The notes beneath the pieces are model-generated. The model worked only from the letters and a program-made list of their open reading frames with translations, did no database searches and was not told the DNA's origin. Shown here one piece after another: positions 8,593 through 18,276 of a stretch of 38,126 nt of DNA. Made by a program: the position numbers and the translations under genes. Source of the DNA: a virus (lineage: Duplodnaviria > Caudoviricetes). How positions within the stretch are numbered: the first letter of the stretch is position 1; each line of letters begins with the position of its first letter. The stretch is from IMG/VR virus record IMGVR_UViG_3300038520_000467, positions 1 through 38,126 of that record; one strand, given 5' to 3'.

Positions 8593-10374
8593 ATGGCAGT
8601 ATTTCGGTCAGACCAATCGCAACTAACGTATGCGATGGAATCAGCTCCGGGAGGAGATGTAGAATTAAATAACGGGTCAGTAGTATCTAGTAATCCCTTT
8701 CATGCGTTGTTAACAGCAGCTCATTCAGCGGGGGTTACTCAGCTTACGTATGACACAGGCACTAATACGCTTACTGTAGGAGACTTTGTAAGAATAGGTG
8801 CAATATCAGAATCTGCAAACGCAGGAGCTTCAACAGTAGTGCCTTTTGAAATTAGGAGAGTAGAACATTTTACTACTTCTGGTAGTAGTGGCTCTAAAAC
8901 AGGGACTATATTTTTAGATAGACCTATAGGATTTAATCATGCTAACAATGCTAATATTGTTGAAATAGATGGTTCAAGTACAACCCAACAAGCAAAAGTA
9001 ATTACTGAAGTTCCGGGTGTATACGAGTCAGTTACATTGCCAGATTTAACTCCTTCTTATGAACCAAGATACTTTTTAGGTGTAGGTCAAAAAAGAGACT
9101 GGACTAAAATGTATATTGGAGCACAATCATTTACAGGAGCGTTACCGGGATTCATACCGTTGAATGGTAAACCTTTAAGGTGGGCTATCGGAAATGTGTT
9201 TGATGTACCATCTGCAGTAGAATCTGCAACCACAGATATTGATGGTGCTGTAAGTAAAGGTGATATTTACGTAACATTAGATGCGGGGCATGGTTATAGT
9301 GCTGGAGATTTTATATCATTTTCTAGTAGTGCAACGCCTAGAACAGGCACATCAGTTGATGACACAAGTCAAGAGATACAAAGGATTGCGGCATTTCCAA
9401 GCACAAACGTAGCAAGATTAGAAAAACCTTTTAGGTTTGACCACCCAGATGACTCTGCCGCTAGAGAGGTAAGCTCTGGTGCTACAATAAAGCATCACAT
9501 AGTTGAGTCAGTATTGTTAGATACTATGACTTGGCATGCACACATGAGAGATAGTAGCGAAACAGCTGCTAATGATTTTGACCGAAGATACGTTGGGGGA
9601 TTTGTAGGTTCATGTACAATATCTGCTGATGAAGGTAGTATGCTCATGACAAGTTGGGATACAGTGCAGTTTTTAGATATGATGCACAACCAAGAAAACG
9701 TATCACAACCTAACGTAAATCCGGGTTCTGAAGCTAATAACACAGGTTTATTCAGTGGGGATTCATTCTCTGCAGGTATGCCTAGGTTTTCTGAAATGGC
9801 TGATATATTATCTTCAGATATTAATTTGCCTTCTACTGAACCTTTTTATTTCTCACAAGGTTCTGTTAAATTTATGGGTCAAGAATTTGCTAGAGTTAGA
9901 AGTTTTAACTTAAGCATTACAAATGGTGAGGAATCTAGATACTATATATCTCCAAGATTTGGTAGACACAGAGGTCCAGCCGAAATTAGAGAAGGCAGAA
10001 GAAGTTACAGTTTAAGCTGTACTTTAGCACTGCCAGATAGTGCGGCATCTGCTACAGGAATAAGTAGAAATTCAGCAACAGAGTTTTTTAAACAACTGTT
10101 GATGGAAGGTAACTATGGAAGTGGAATGGAAGGATTCAATATTGAACTTACATTTACTAGAGGAACTGATGATAGTATACAAATACTTATCCCATCAGAT
10201 TACACCTCAGCAGATGAAACCACAGGGGCAGCTACAGGATTAGGAGAAAATGGTGCTTTCTTAACATCAGCTCCACACCCAATTAGTGGAGAACCTATTT
10301 TACAAGTAGGAGCAGAGTTTAGCTGCAGAAACTTAAAAATTGTAGTAACAGATACAGAAAAAGTATATACATAG
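8593..10374 (+). CDS. Major tail tube protein with two inserted accessory domains
   Basis: 593 aa; C-terminal SFNLSITNG...EIREGRRSYSLSCTL pattern typical of tail tube proteins; followed by the chaperone frameshift pair and tape measure. Confidence 0.7.
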   Translation: MAVFRSDQSQLTYAMESAPGGDVELNNGSVVSSNPFHALLTAAHSAGVTQLTYDTGTNTLTVGDFVRIGAISESANAGASTVVPFEIRRVEHFTTSGSSGSKTGTIFLDRPIGFNHANNANIVEIDGSSTTQQAKVITEVPGVYESVTLPDLTPSYEPRYFLGVGQKRDWTKMYIGAQSFTGALPGFIPLNGKPLRWAIGNVFDVPSAVESATTDIDGAVSKGDIYVTLDAGHGYSAGDFISFSSSATPRTGTSVDDTSQEIQRIAAFPSTNVARLEKPFRFDHPDDSAAREVSSGATIKHHIVESVLLDTMTWHAHMRDSSETAANDFDRRYVGGFVGSCTISADEGSMLMTSWDTVQFLDMMHNQENVSQPNVNPGSEANNTGLFSGDSFSAGMPRFSEMADILSSDINLPSTEPFYFSQGSVKFMGQEFARVRSFNLSITNGEESRYYISPRFGRHRGPAEIREGRRSYSLSCTLALPDSAASATGISRNSATEFFKQLLMEGNYGSGMEGFNIELTFTRGTDDSIQILIPSDYTSADETTGAATGLGENGAFLTSAPHPISGEPILQVGAEFSCRNLKIVVTDTEKVYT

Positions 10375-10385
10375 GAGAAGACATA

Positions 10386-10760
10386 ATGACAGAACAGTCA
10401 AACGGTGCATCAAAAGCATTTGATGTATCTAAGTATAAAATTAAAGAAGAGAATCAGACATATACAGTAAAACTAGCAGAAGATGAGTTTGACATAGTTA
10501 TCAAACCTATGACATGGCAAGGTAAAAACGAATTGGTTGCTAGATGTATGAAGTTTGATGATAAAGGTAGTTCTACTTTTGATAGTGGAATTTACATAAA
10601 AGAAGTGTTAAAAGAAATTATAGTGGAAGCTCCTTGGGGTGACACCACAGATGAGTTTTTACTCACAATAAATCAAGAGCTAGGAGCTGCTTTAGAACAA
10701 TTAGTGCCTTCAGCTTTTGATTCTAATTTCGCAGAGGTTGACGTAATAAAAAAAGGATAG
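10386..10760 (+). CDS. Tail assembly chaperone (lambda gpG equivalent)
   Basis: 124 aa between tail tube and tape measure; ends in a slippery A run. Confidence 0.75.
   Translation: MTEQSNGASKAFDVSKYKIKEENQTYTVKLAEDEFDIVIKPMTWQGKNELVARCMKFDDKGSSTFDSGIYIKEVLKEIIVEAPWGDTTDEFLLTINQELGAALEQLVPSAFDSNFAEVDVIKKG
10748..10754 (+). other. Programmed -1 ribosomal frameshift site A AAA AAA
   Basis: ATA AAA AAA GGA TAG; the -1 frame reads AGG ATA GAC CGA TTT TTA CGC GGA ATA AAA GTG, open and in frame with 10784..11020. Confidence 0.8.
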
Positions 10761-11020
10761 ACCGATTTTTACGCGGAATAAAAGTGTCAACAAAAGAATC
10801 GGTTTTATTTACGCACTTTGCAACCACGTTGACGCTATTAAATTTAGGATTAAGTTATAAGGAGATAAAGGAACTGGATAATACTGAGGCAGCTATGTTT
10901 TTAGCGATGAGCCATTCTCTTGAGGATTATAAATCAGAGCAAATGGAAAGACAACAAAGACATCAAGAAGCTGCTAAAGCACATCCTACACATTTTCCGA
11001 AATCAACTAAAGGGTTTTAA
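10754..11020 (+). CDS. Frameshift extension of the tail assembly chaperone (gpGT equivalent)
   Basis: The track ORF has only a GTG start with a weak RBS; reachable by -1 slip from 10386..10760. Confidence 0.7.
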   Translation, partial: RIDRFLRGIKVSTKESVLFTHFATTLTLLNLGLSYKEIKELDNTEAAMFLAMSHSLEDYKSEQMERQQRHQEAAKAHPTHFPKSTKGF

Positions 11021-11022
11021 AT

Positions 11023-12090
11023 ATGGCTGAAGAATATACAGTAAATTTTAATCTGTTGCAAGATGCAACTAGAACTGCTGCTACTCAGGGAGCTACGAAT
11101 ATAAATCAATTAAATGAAAATATTCAACGTAGAAAAGATAATGCAGTGGCTGCAGGTCAAAGACAAAAGAATATTTTAGCATTGTTAGGAATACAAGTAA
11201 GTATAGCTGCGTTGTTAAAAAACTCACAGATATTTACTAACTCTTTAGGTGCTTTATTTCAAATCATAGGAGCAGCGATTGATACTATCTTAGCTCCACT
11301 AGCCCCATTAATTGCTACAGGGTTATCAGCTTTAGCTAACTTTCTTCCTACAGTAGCTAGAATTTCAGAAGCAACTTTTCCTAGATTAGTAGCTTTATTT
11401 CAAGGCGTAGGTCAAATTTTAGGTTCTATTGCAGGAGCATTAGGTAATGTATTTAGACCCATAATAAATTTATTTGATAAAGATGGGGTGTCTGCAGATG
11501 GTAGATTAAGGTTGTCTGACATTATAACTGGATTAGGAGCGGCGGCTTTAGGTCCCGGTATAGTAGCAGCATTACAAACAGGTTCTTCAGCAGTAGTAAG
11601 TAACACAGTATTTAGTATGATGACGGGCACAGTCAGTAGATTAAACGCCTTTGTTAGAAGTGCTGGTTTTGTGGGATTACTTTTTTCTGGTGTAAATATA
11701 GCAGCAACATTTAGAGAGCAAGGAATTGAACAAGGTATAAAAGCATTAGGTAGATTCTTTGTAATAACTTTAACTTCAGCTTTAGGAGCAATATTAGGAA
11801 GCATGTTTGGAGTGGTTGGAACAATTATAGGTTCACTTGGAGGTGCTGTATTAGGAGGTAATATTGCAAACGCTCTAATGGGAGGAAGCGGAGTAGGTGC
11901 TGTTGGTGCTGAAATAAATACTGGTGGAGTACGAGGAGGTCGTTCTGATTATGGGGACGCTATAGGAGCTGTTCAAAGTTCACAAATGTACCCTCAATCT
12001 GCAAGTGCAGGATTTATAGGGTCACAAGAAGTAAGTAAATTTGGCATTGATAGACAATCGGCTAGATTAGGCACTACTGGAGGATATTAA
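11023..12090 (+). CDS. Putative tape measure protein (unusually short)
   Basis: 355 aa, A/G/L/I-rich amphipathic and hydrophobic helices; canonical position after the G/GT pair. Confidence 0.65.
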   Translation: MAEEYTVNFNLLQDATRTAATQGATNINQLNENIQRRKDNAVAAGQRQKNILALLGIQVSIAALLKNSQIFTNSLGALFQIIGAAIDTILAPLAPLIATGLSALANFLPTVARISEATFPRLVALFQGVGQILGSIAGALGNVFRPIINLFDKDGVSADGRLRLSDIITGLGAAALGPGIVAALQTGSSAVVSNTVFSMMTGTVSRLNAFVRSAGFVGLLFSGVNIAATFREQGIEQGIKALGRFFVITLTSALGAILGSMFGVVGTIIGSLGGAVLGGNIANALMGGSGVGAVGAEINTGGVRGGRSDYGDAIGAVQSSQMYPQSASAGFIGSQEVSKFGIDRQSARLGTTGGY

Positions 12091-12092
12091 TA

Positions 12093-12563
12093 ATGGCTTT
12101 AGGAGTATGTTTGTATGATGGACTAACCTCTAGTGAAAAAAGATTTGCACTAAAAGCAGACTCTTTTTCTGTTAACTATGTAAAAACTCCTATACAAATA
12201 CCTATAGCTAATGGTGGGGACCCTAGACTAATAGACATTGGACAAATTAGACCTACAATTACAGTTACAGGTTTAGTGGACACGACAGCTCCGGGTTCTG
12301 TAGAAAATGTTACAGGTCCAACAAGAAACAGTAGTCAAGTATATACTGTGCCAAGTAAAGAAGAATTAGAAAACTTTGTAACTAGTAAATTTTATAATGA
12401 GGCAACGTCAAAAGTTGAAATAATGATTTCTGATGGAACATCTACTCCTGTTGCTGCTTATGAAGTTGCTATATCTCAAGCAAGATTTGACTTAGCTCCT
12501 GCAACTGAAGATAGGTTTAGTTTTACATTAGTATTCGTAAGCAGATTTAATTCTGAAAATTAG
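12093..12563 (+). CDS. Putative distal tail (Dit-like) protein
   Basis: 156 aa, tube-like fold pattern (IDIGQIRPTITVTG...FSFTLVF), immediately after the tape measure. Confidence 0.5.
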   Translation: MALGVCLYDGLTSSEKRFALKADSFSVNYVKTPIQIPIANGGDPRLIDIGQIRPTITVTGLVDTTAPGSVENVTGPTRNSSQVYTVPSKEELENFVTSKFYNEATSKVEIMISDGTSTPVAAYEVAISQARFDLAPATEDRFSFTLVFVSRFNSEN

Positions 12564-12576
12564 TTAAGGAGAAAAA

Positions 12577-15500
12577 ATGGCAAGTACAGACCCTTTAGTA
12601 TTTCAATCCTCTAAAGTATACGCATGGATTCAAGTTGGAGAAGTAAGAACTGACATAAATGATACTGCTACTACTTTAGAAATACAACCATCTATTGTTA
12701 CTAGTGAAACAGATACAGTAGGGCATAGAATTGTAAATGGTATGGACATCTTAATTGATAGCGAAATCATGAAAGTATCAGATGTAAGTAGTTCTACAGA
12801 TAATTCTATAACAGTTACTAGAGCAGAATTAGCTAATGCCAAAATTCATGACTCAGCTTTTGGTAGAGGGGGAGCAGCAGCTAGCCATACCGATGGCACT
12901 GCAATATATGCATGGTCAGAATTAAATGATAATAATGGAAACTCTTTAACACAACAATTAAGTTTAGAAAAAACTTTATATCAACCAGACTCTTTACAAT
13001 TAGTATTAAGTAACCCATCAAGAGCTAATGTTTTAACTGATGTAGGTATACTAGATAATGTGATAAAAGAGGGAACCCCAATAAAAGTCATTAATGGAGC
13101 TAATTTTATTGCAATGTTTAGGGGTAGAGTACATTCACTTACCAGACAATATGATAATGCTGCAGGAACAACCCTTCAATTAACAGCTTATGATGCATTA
13201 TATGAGTTAGGTAGAAGTGCTATAACCGGTGACGGAGCAGAAATAGATTTTGATGTAGATAGTAGTGCTCAATCTGATGGCTACACAGAAGATGCCTCTG
13301 ACAGAAAGATATCTTCTGTAATTAAGCTATTAGCCCAAAGATATCAATTTGGGGGTACAGATGGCACAGAGTCTGTATTAACTATGATAGAGCCTATAGC
13401 ATCAAACGCTGAACCTAGATTTCAACCATCTCATACAGCAAAAGAAAGTAGTGCTAGAAATGGTAGAATATCTTTTGCTAGCAGTAAAGATAGAGTATTA
13501 CATACTATGCAGAGATTAGCTCTTACTGATAAAAGCCCTGCAGGAAGCACTTTAGGTTATTATTTTCACACCGACCCTAATCAGTATAATTTTTCTACGG
13601 GTTTAAAACCCACCCCAGTATTAAATTATTATCCCATAGGATTTCAACCTAGTGCAGATTCAGGAAATGCGTCTACTGCCGGTAGATTGTTATTTAATAA
13701 TTTTAGTTCTACTATACCAGATGAAAATGGGACTAGAAAAAGAATGATATCAAATGTATCTTTTGATGAATTTGACACAGAAAATGTTAACATAATTAAC
13801 GTAAGGTATAGAGACCCCATATCAGGATTCATGAGAGAGCTTGAAATGGAAGCCTTTTATGTAGGAACGGGAGGAGCTTTTAGTGATTTACATTTTTCTC
13901 AAGCATACCTACCAAATAGTGCTGCAAGTCTTAGACTAGTAGCTACTAGAGAAGACATTGCAGGTGTTAATGGTTCACATGACCCAGATTTAAAATCTGT
14001 AAGTGACCAAGCTAATTTTAGAAGTAGAGTTGTTGATGCAAGTAACAATATAATTGGATATGTACAGTATGCAGGATTTAGCTCTAACTCTGCTGGTTTA
14101 CTAGTATTATCAGGGACTAGTACAGCTAGAAGTGGCAGTGATGTAGCTGCAGGAGAAACAATTTATCTTGATAATAAAGATAGTGGTAACACTAAAGTTT
14201 TATCTTCAGTAACTGACCCTAACGCTCCAAATTCATTTAGACCTCAAGCAACCAGTGAAAAAAGAGTGGCTATAACTATGGAATTTGGAAATGATGTTAA
14301 CTTTCAACACATTAGAGAAGCAGTTGCAGCTAGATTTTTACAACAAAGCAGACCTAAATTACGAGGTAGGTTTCAAACTTTAGGGCAATTCCCGTCTGAA
14401 AGTTTTCAAGTTCAAATACCATCAAGCGGAGATACAATTACTGAAACAACTGTCGGCAGTAGAACTTATGTAGAATACACTGACGCAAACATAAGTAGTG
14501 GATTAACTGATAGTGGGAATAATTTTACGGCAGTTGGATACCCTTTTACGGGTATGAGAGCTGGCATGCCTATTATGAAACTAGATGGAGATGGTGGAAA
14601 TGTTAGCACTCATGGATATTTAAACTTTGTAAGAAATAGTAATGATAATTCTAACCCTAGTCTAGGTTTTATGTTAGAATCTGGTAGTATTGCCGCAAAT
14701 GATTATTTAAGATTTGCTATTCCATTAACTCCGGGGCACATGATACAAATGACCTCATTAGTGCATGGGGTTGCTGTAGGTGGAGGTGATTTAAAAGGAG
14801 GACGTGGATTAGTAACTTCTATGATGTATCAAGAAACTGCTAGTGAGGCGTTTACAGATATTGAAACAGTGTCTTACAATGATGATTCAGCTGATGTGAT
14901 TGCAGCAAGAATGCCTGATTATAGCAATATAGATGATGATACTGATGATGATTACGGAGGTACATACAACTTCACGCCATATAAACCACACTTTACAGGT
15001 GAAATTTTTGCAGGTCAAACATCAGATGATACCTCTACAGGAAGTGCTGTAGCTGGAACAAATGATGATACTGTGACTTACGGAACAGGGACTTTATATG
15101 TAGGGACAGAGACCTACAGAATAACTGCAACAGATAGTAGAGATGGCACATATGGTATCGGAGCAGGCATGGCTACAAATGATTCTGATAATGATGGCAT
15201 GTCTGATGTATCTTATGTAATGTTTTTTGAGCCTGCTTTATCAAAAACTCGTTTTTATGTAAAAACAGAATCAGAGTTTCAACAAAGGAACTCCGAAGAG
15301 GGTAGTAACACAACATCTGGCAATAATAAACACTCACCTATAGGTCTTAATAGACTTAAGATTGCTAAAATAACTCCTAATGCTACGGGTAGTGATGTCG
15401 CTATAGAGTATTTTATTAGTGTTGGGGCAGCTACAGATGGAGAAAATTCAAATACAGCGAATACTAAAGGATTCCCATCAGGTGTTATTGGTGGTAGAGG

Positions 15501-15942
15501 TCTAACTGGTAATGTAAATAAAAATTGGCTGCCTACTGTAAATTCTAATGGCACTACTGGATTTGAATTAGGGAATAGTAGTTTTGCATGGAAAAAAGTG
15601 TATTCGGCTAATCCTGATGATACATCATCTGACAAAACTTTAAAAGAAAATATTGAACCTTCAGAATTTGGATTAGACTTTGTAAAAAAATTAAAGCCAT
15701 CTAAATATACTCGATTAGAAGCTAGTAAAATTGAACACGGTTTAATTGCTCAAGATGTAGAACAGTTGTTAAAAGATATGGATTTAGACCCAAAAGGTTT
15801 TTCTTTAGTCAGCGGAGTAAAGGGAGATGTTAAAAAAACTAAGATGGGTTTAGCGTACACAGAATTTATTGCTCCTTTAATTAAAGCAATACAAGAGTTA
15901 TCTGATAAAGTAGATAAATTAGAAAATGAAGGTAAAGAATAA
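12577..15942 (+). CDS. Baseplate hub / central tail fibre with C-terminal peptidase S74 intramolecular chaperone
   Basis: 1121 aa; hub-like FRGRV...LQLTAYDALYEL; C-terminal SSDKTLKENI...HGLIAQDVE...LIKAIQEL coiled coil. Confidence 0.8.
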   Translation: MASTDPLVFQSSKVYAWIQVGEVRTDINDTATTLEIQPSIVTSETDTVGHRIVNGMDILIDSEIMKVSDVSSSTDNSITVTRAELANAKIHDSAFGRGGAAASHTDGTAIYAWSELNDNNGNSLTQQLSLEKTLYQPDSLQLVLSNPSRANVLTDVGILDNVIKEGTPIKVINGANFIAMFRGRVHSLTRQYDNAAGTTLQLTAYDALYELGRSAITGDGAEIDFDVDSSAQSDGYTEDASDRKISSVIKLLAQRYQFGGTDGTESVLTMIEPIASNAEPRFQPSHTAKESSARNGRISFASSKDRVLHTMQRLALTDKSPAGSTLGYYFHTDPNQYNFSTGLKPTPVLNYYPIGFQPSADSGNASTAGRLLFNNFSSTIPDENGTRKRMISNVSFDEFDTENVNIINVRYRDPISGFMRELEMEAFYVGTGGAFSDLHFSQAYLPNSAASLRLVATREDIAGVNGSHDPDLKSVSDQANFRSRVVDASNNIIGYVQYAGFSSNSAGLLVLSGTSTARSGSDVAAGETIYLDNKDSGNTKVLSSVTDPNAPNSFRPQATSEKRVAITMEFGNDVNFQHIREAVAARFLQQSRPKLRGRFQTLGQFPSESFQVQIPSSGDTITETTVGSRTYVEYTDANISSGLTDSGNNFTAVGYPFTGMRAGMPIMKLDGDGGNVSTHGYLNFVRNSNDNSNPSLGFMLESGSIAANDYLRFAIPLTPGHMIQMTSLVHGVAVGGGDLKGGRGLVTSMMYQETASEAFTDIETVSYNDDSADVIAARMPDYSNIDDDTDDDYGGTYNFTPYKPHFTGEIFAGQTSDDTSTGSAVAGTNDDTVTYGTGTLYVGTETYRITATDSRDGTYGIGAGMATNDSDNDGMSDVSYVMFFEPALSKTRFYVKTESEFQQRNSEEGSNTTSGNNKHSPIGLNRLKIAKITPNATGSDVAIEYFISVGAATDGENSNTANTKGFPSGVIGGRGLTGNVNKNWLPTVNSNGTTGFELGNSSFAWKKVYSANPDDTSSDKTLKENIEPSEFGLDFVKKLKPSKYTRLEASKIEHGLIAQDVEQLLKDMDLDPKGFSLVSGVKGDVKKTKMGLAYTEFIAPLIKAIQELSDKVDKLENEGKE

Positions 15943-16345
15943 GGTTGTTAGACTAAGGAAACAAAACCCTTTTATGTCTACATCTGAAATTGCAAGACGA
16001 GCAGGGGCAGATATATCGTATGCAAGAAGAGTTTTACTCAAGAATAATCTAGAAACCAACCCGCCTAAACCTAAACCTGTGGTATACTGTAAAGTATGTA
16101 GGTTGGCAACCACGGACCGTTACGGACTACATGATGGTGAATGTAGATTTAAGTGGAATAGAATAAGACTGACTTGTTCTTTTTGCAGAGTTCCTTTTTA
16201 TAGGAGCAGAAAAAGAGTAATGCAGGGATATAGATTAAAACTAAAGAATGTTTATTGCACAAGAGATTGCTATCAAACATATAGGAAACAAAGAAAACAT
16301 GAAAATAGACAACGACCTAATATTACAGTGGGAGCCGAAGATTAA
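15926..16345 (+). CDS. HTH plus Cys-rich (Zn-binding) putative regulator
   Basis: MSTSEIARRAGADISYARRVL helix-turn-helix; CKVC, CSFC and CTRDC motifs. Confidence 0.65.
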   Translation: MKVKNKVVRLRKQNPFMSTSEIARRAGADISYARRVLLKNNLETNPPKPKPVVYCKVCRLATTDRYGLHDGECRFKWNRIRLTCSFCRVPFYRSRKRVMQGYRLKLKNVYCTRDCYQTYRKQRKHENRQRPNITVGAED

Positions 16346-16841
16346 TAAAATGTTGTCAAACATTTATATACAAGGTTATGATAGAGATGACCTTGCACAA
16401 GAATTACGAATGATAGTTTTAAAAGCGGCTAAATTATATAAACCAAATAGAAATGCTATATTCCATACTTATTTACACACGGCTATGGTCAATAGATTAA
16501 AAACATTATGGATGCAAGCAAGTAAAAAAATACAAGGATATAGTTTAGATTTAGAAACATCTGAGGATGGTAACTCTTATAAACTAAGTGACTTTGTAAA
16601 ACAATTAGATGACAATTTAGATGAGGTTGAGTTTGTAGACTATTTAGATTCACTTAATCTAGATAAAGGTGAAAAAGAGTTTTTACTAAAGAAGTTTCAA
16701 AATCACACTATGAAAGACATAGAGGAAAAATTAAAAAGCATTTCTGACACAAAGATTGTCAATGGGCAAGAAGTTGTGGTAAACTATTCGATATACAAAG
16801 TGAAAAAGTCGCTTAGAAATAAATTAAACGAAGAGAAATAG
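16299..16841 (+). CDS. Phage sigma70-family RNA polymerase sigma factor
   Basis: Region 2 signature DRDDLAQELRMIVLKAAKLY...FHTYLHTAMVNRL; region 4-like helix near the C-terminus; start moved to ATG 16299 (MKIDND). Confidence 0.75.
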   Translation: MKIDNDLILQWEPKINKMLSNIYIQGYDRDDLAQELRMIVLKAAKLYKPNRNAIFHTYLHTAMVNRLKTLWMQASKKIQGYSLDLETSEDGNSYKLSDFVKQLDDNLDEVEFVDYLDSLNLDKGEKEFLLKKFQNHTMKDIEEKLKSISDTKIVNGQEVVVNYSIYKVKKSLRNKLNEEK

Positions 16842-16843
16842 TA

Positions 16844-18082
16844 TTGGAAAATTATAATTTTATAGAGTCTGCAGTGATATTTAGTCTGTGTGAATCTAGT
16901 AATTACAAGAATTTTACTTATTCACCTAAAGATTTTGCAGAGCACGGAGAAACTTTTAAGTTTATACAAGACCATATAGATACATATAAAGACTTTCCTA
17001 AGCCTAGTCTGTTGATAGAGAACTTTGATACTCTAAAACCTGATGCTCAATCCGTAAACTTCAATTATGCACTTGATGAGTTTAGTAAACAGGTTATGTT
17101 TAGGAACATAGTCAGCACTATTAACTCAAATCAAGCTATATTAGATGAGAATCCTAAGAAAGCATTAGGTAGTTTGATTGAAGGTCTTAGTGATATTGAG
17201 ATATTACACGATGAAGACGTGAATCAGTATGATAATGGGCAGTTAGATAGGTATGAAGAGTGGCAAAGGCGTAGTAAAATTAGGAAAATGGGAGATGGTT
17301 TGATAGGAATACGCACCCCTTTCCATTTAATTAATGCATCAGGTGTTGGTTGGCAACCCGGAGACTTAATTACGTCTTATGCAAGACCTACAGTGGGTAA
17401 AACTTGGTTATGTTGCAAGTTAGCGGCTGATTCAGTGCGTAGTGGGCATAAAACACTACTAGTATCTACTGAAATGCCTACATCTTCTATAGCTTTGCGT
17501 ATGGATGTGCTATTAGGACACTCATTAGGCTACAATTTGTCTCATAGTGCCCTTAGAAACGGAAAAGAGATAGATGAAGGCGAATATAAACGCTTTTTAG
17601 AAGAAGTAAATTACAAAAACTTGTTAGTATGTGACCACATTAGTGGGGAAGACAGCATATCTTTACCAAGTATAACTAATTTAGTGCGTAAATACAGTCC
17701 AGACGTACTAATTATTGATGGAGTGTACTTAGTTTCTACGGCAGATAAGAATAAAGCTGCATGGGAACAGTCACATTCTTTATTTTATGGACTTAAAACT
17801 ATGGCATTGTCTACTAATACCACAGTAATCGCTTCAACCCAAGCTACAAGAGATGCAGCAAACATGTATTCTCAACCTACAGCAGGTCAAGTAGCTTTTG
17901 GAGATGCTTTGATTAGGGCATCAGACATAGCGATATCTATGTGTATGATTGAAGATGAGCCTCAACTGAGAGAGATAGCATTTCAGAAATACAGAGATGG
18001 AGACTTAGGTCAAAGCACTACAGAGTTTATCTGGGATGTAGATATTGGAAGAATAGAGGAGAATCATGACACGTTTAATTAG
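16844..18082 (+). CDS. dnaB: DnaB-like replicative helicase
   Basis: Walker A ARPTVGKT, STEM, Walker B LIIDGVYL, STQ, KYRDG motifs; TTG start. Confidence 0.9.
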   Translation: MENYNFIESAVIFSLCESSNYKNFTYSPKDFAEHGETFKFIQDHIDTYKDFPKPSLLIENFDTLKPDAQSVNFNYALDEFSKQVMFRNIVSTINSNQAILDENPKKALGSLIEGLSDIEILHDEDVNQYDNGQLDRYEEWQRRSKIRKMGDGLIGIRTPFHLINASGVGWQPGDLITSYARPTVGKTWLCCKLAADSVRSGHKTLLVSTEMPTSSIALRMDVLLGHSLGYNLSHSALRNGKEIDEGEYKRFLEEVNYKNLLVCDHISGEDSISLPSITNLVRKYSPDVLIIDGVYLVSTADKNKAAWEQSHSLFYGLKTMALSTNTTVIASTQATRDAANMYSQPTAGQVAFGDALIRASDIAISMCMIEDEPQLREIAFQKYRDGDLGQSTTEFIWDVDIGRIEENHDTFN

Positions 18083-18269
18083 CATAAAATGTGGTAAATG
18101 TTCCAACAAGGGAACTTTACGCGTTGGTAAAACAATTATTGACACAAACGATTTACTTAATAAAAAGGTTTTAGGATTAGTTCGTAATGACCCATATTGT
18201 TTTCAATGTGGCACAACATTCCCAGACGGTTTTTGGAAGGAAGTTAATGGTTTCATATACCGCATATAG
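18066..18269 (+). CDS. Small Zn-ribbon protein
   Basis: 67 aa with CGKC and CFQC; GAGGAG RBS. Confidence 0.65.
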   Translation: MTRLISIKCGKCSNKGTLRVGKTIIDTNDLLNKKVLGLVRNDPYCFQCGTTFPDGFWKEVNGFIYRI

Positions 18270-18276
18270 AGCTGCT

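Noticed and set aside
13583-13591. AGTATAATT inside the hub gene as a tenth promoter
   Set aside because: Mismatch at the last position, intragenic, no gene start nearby
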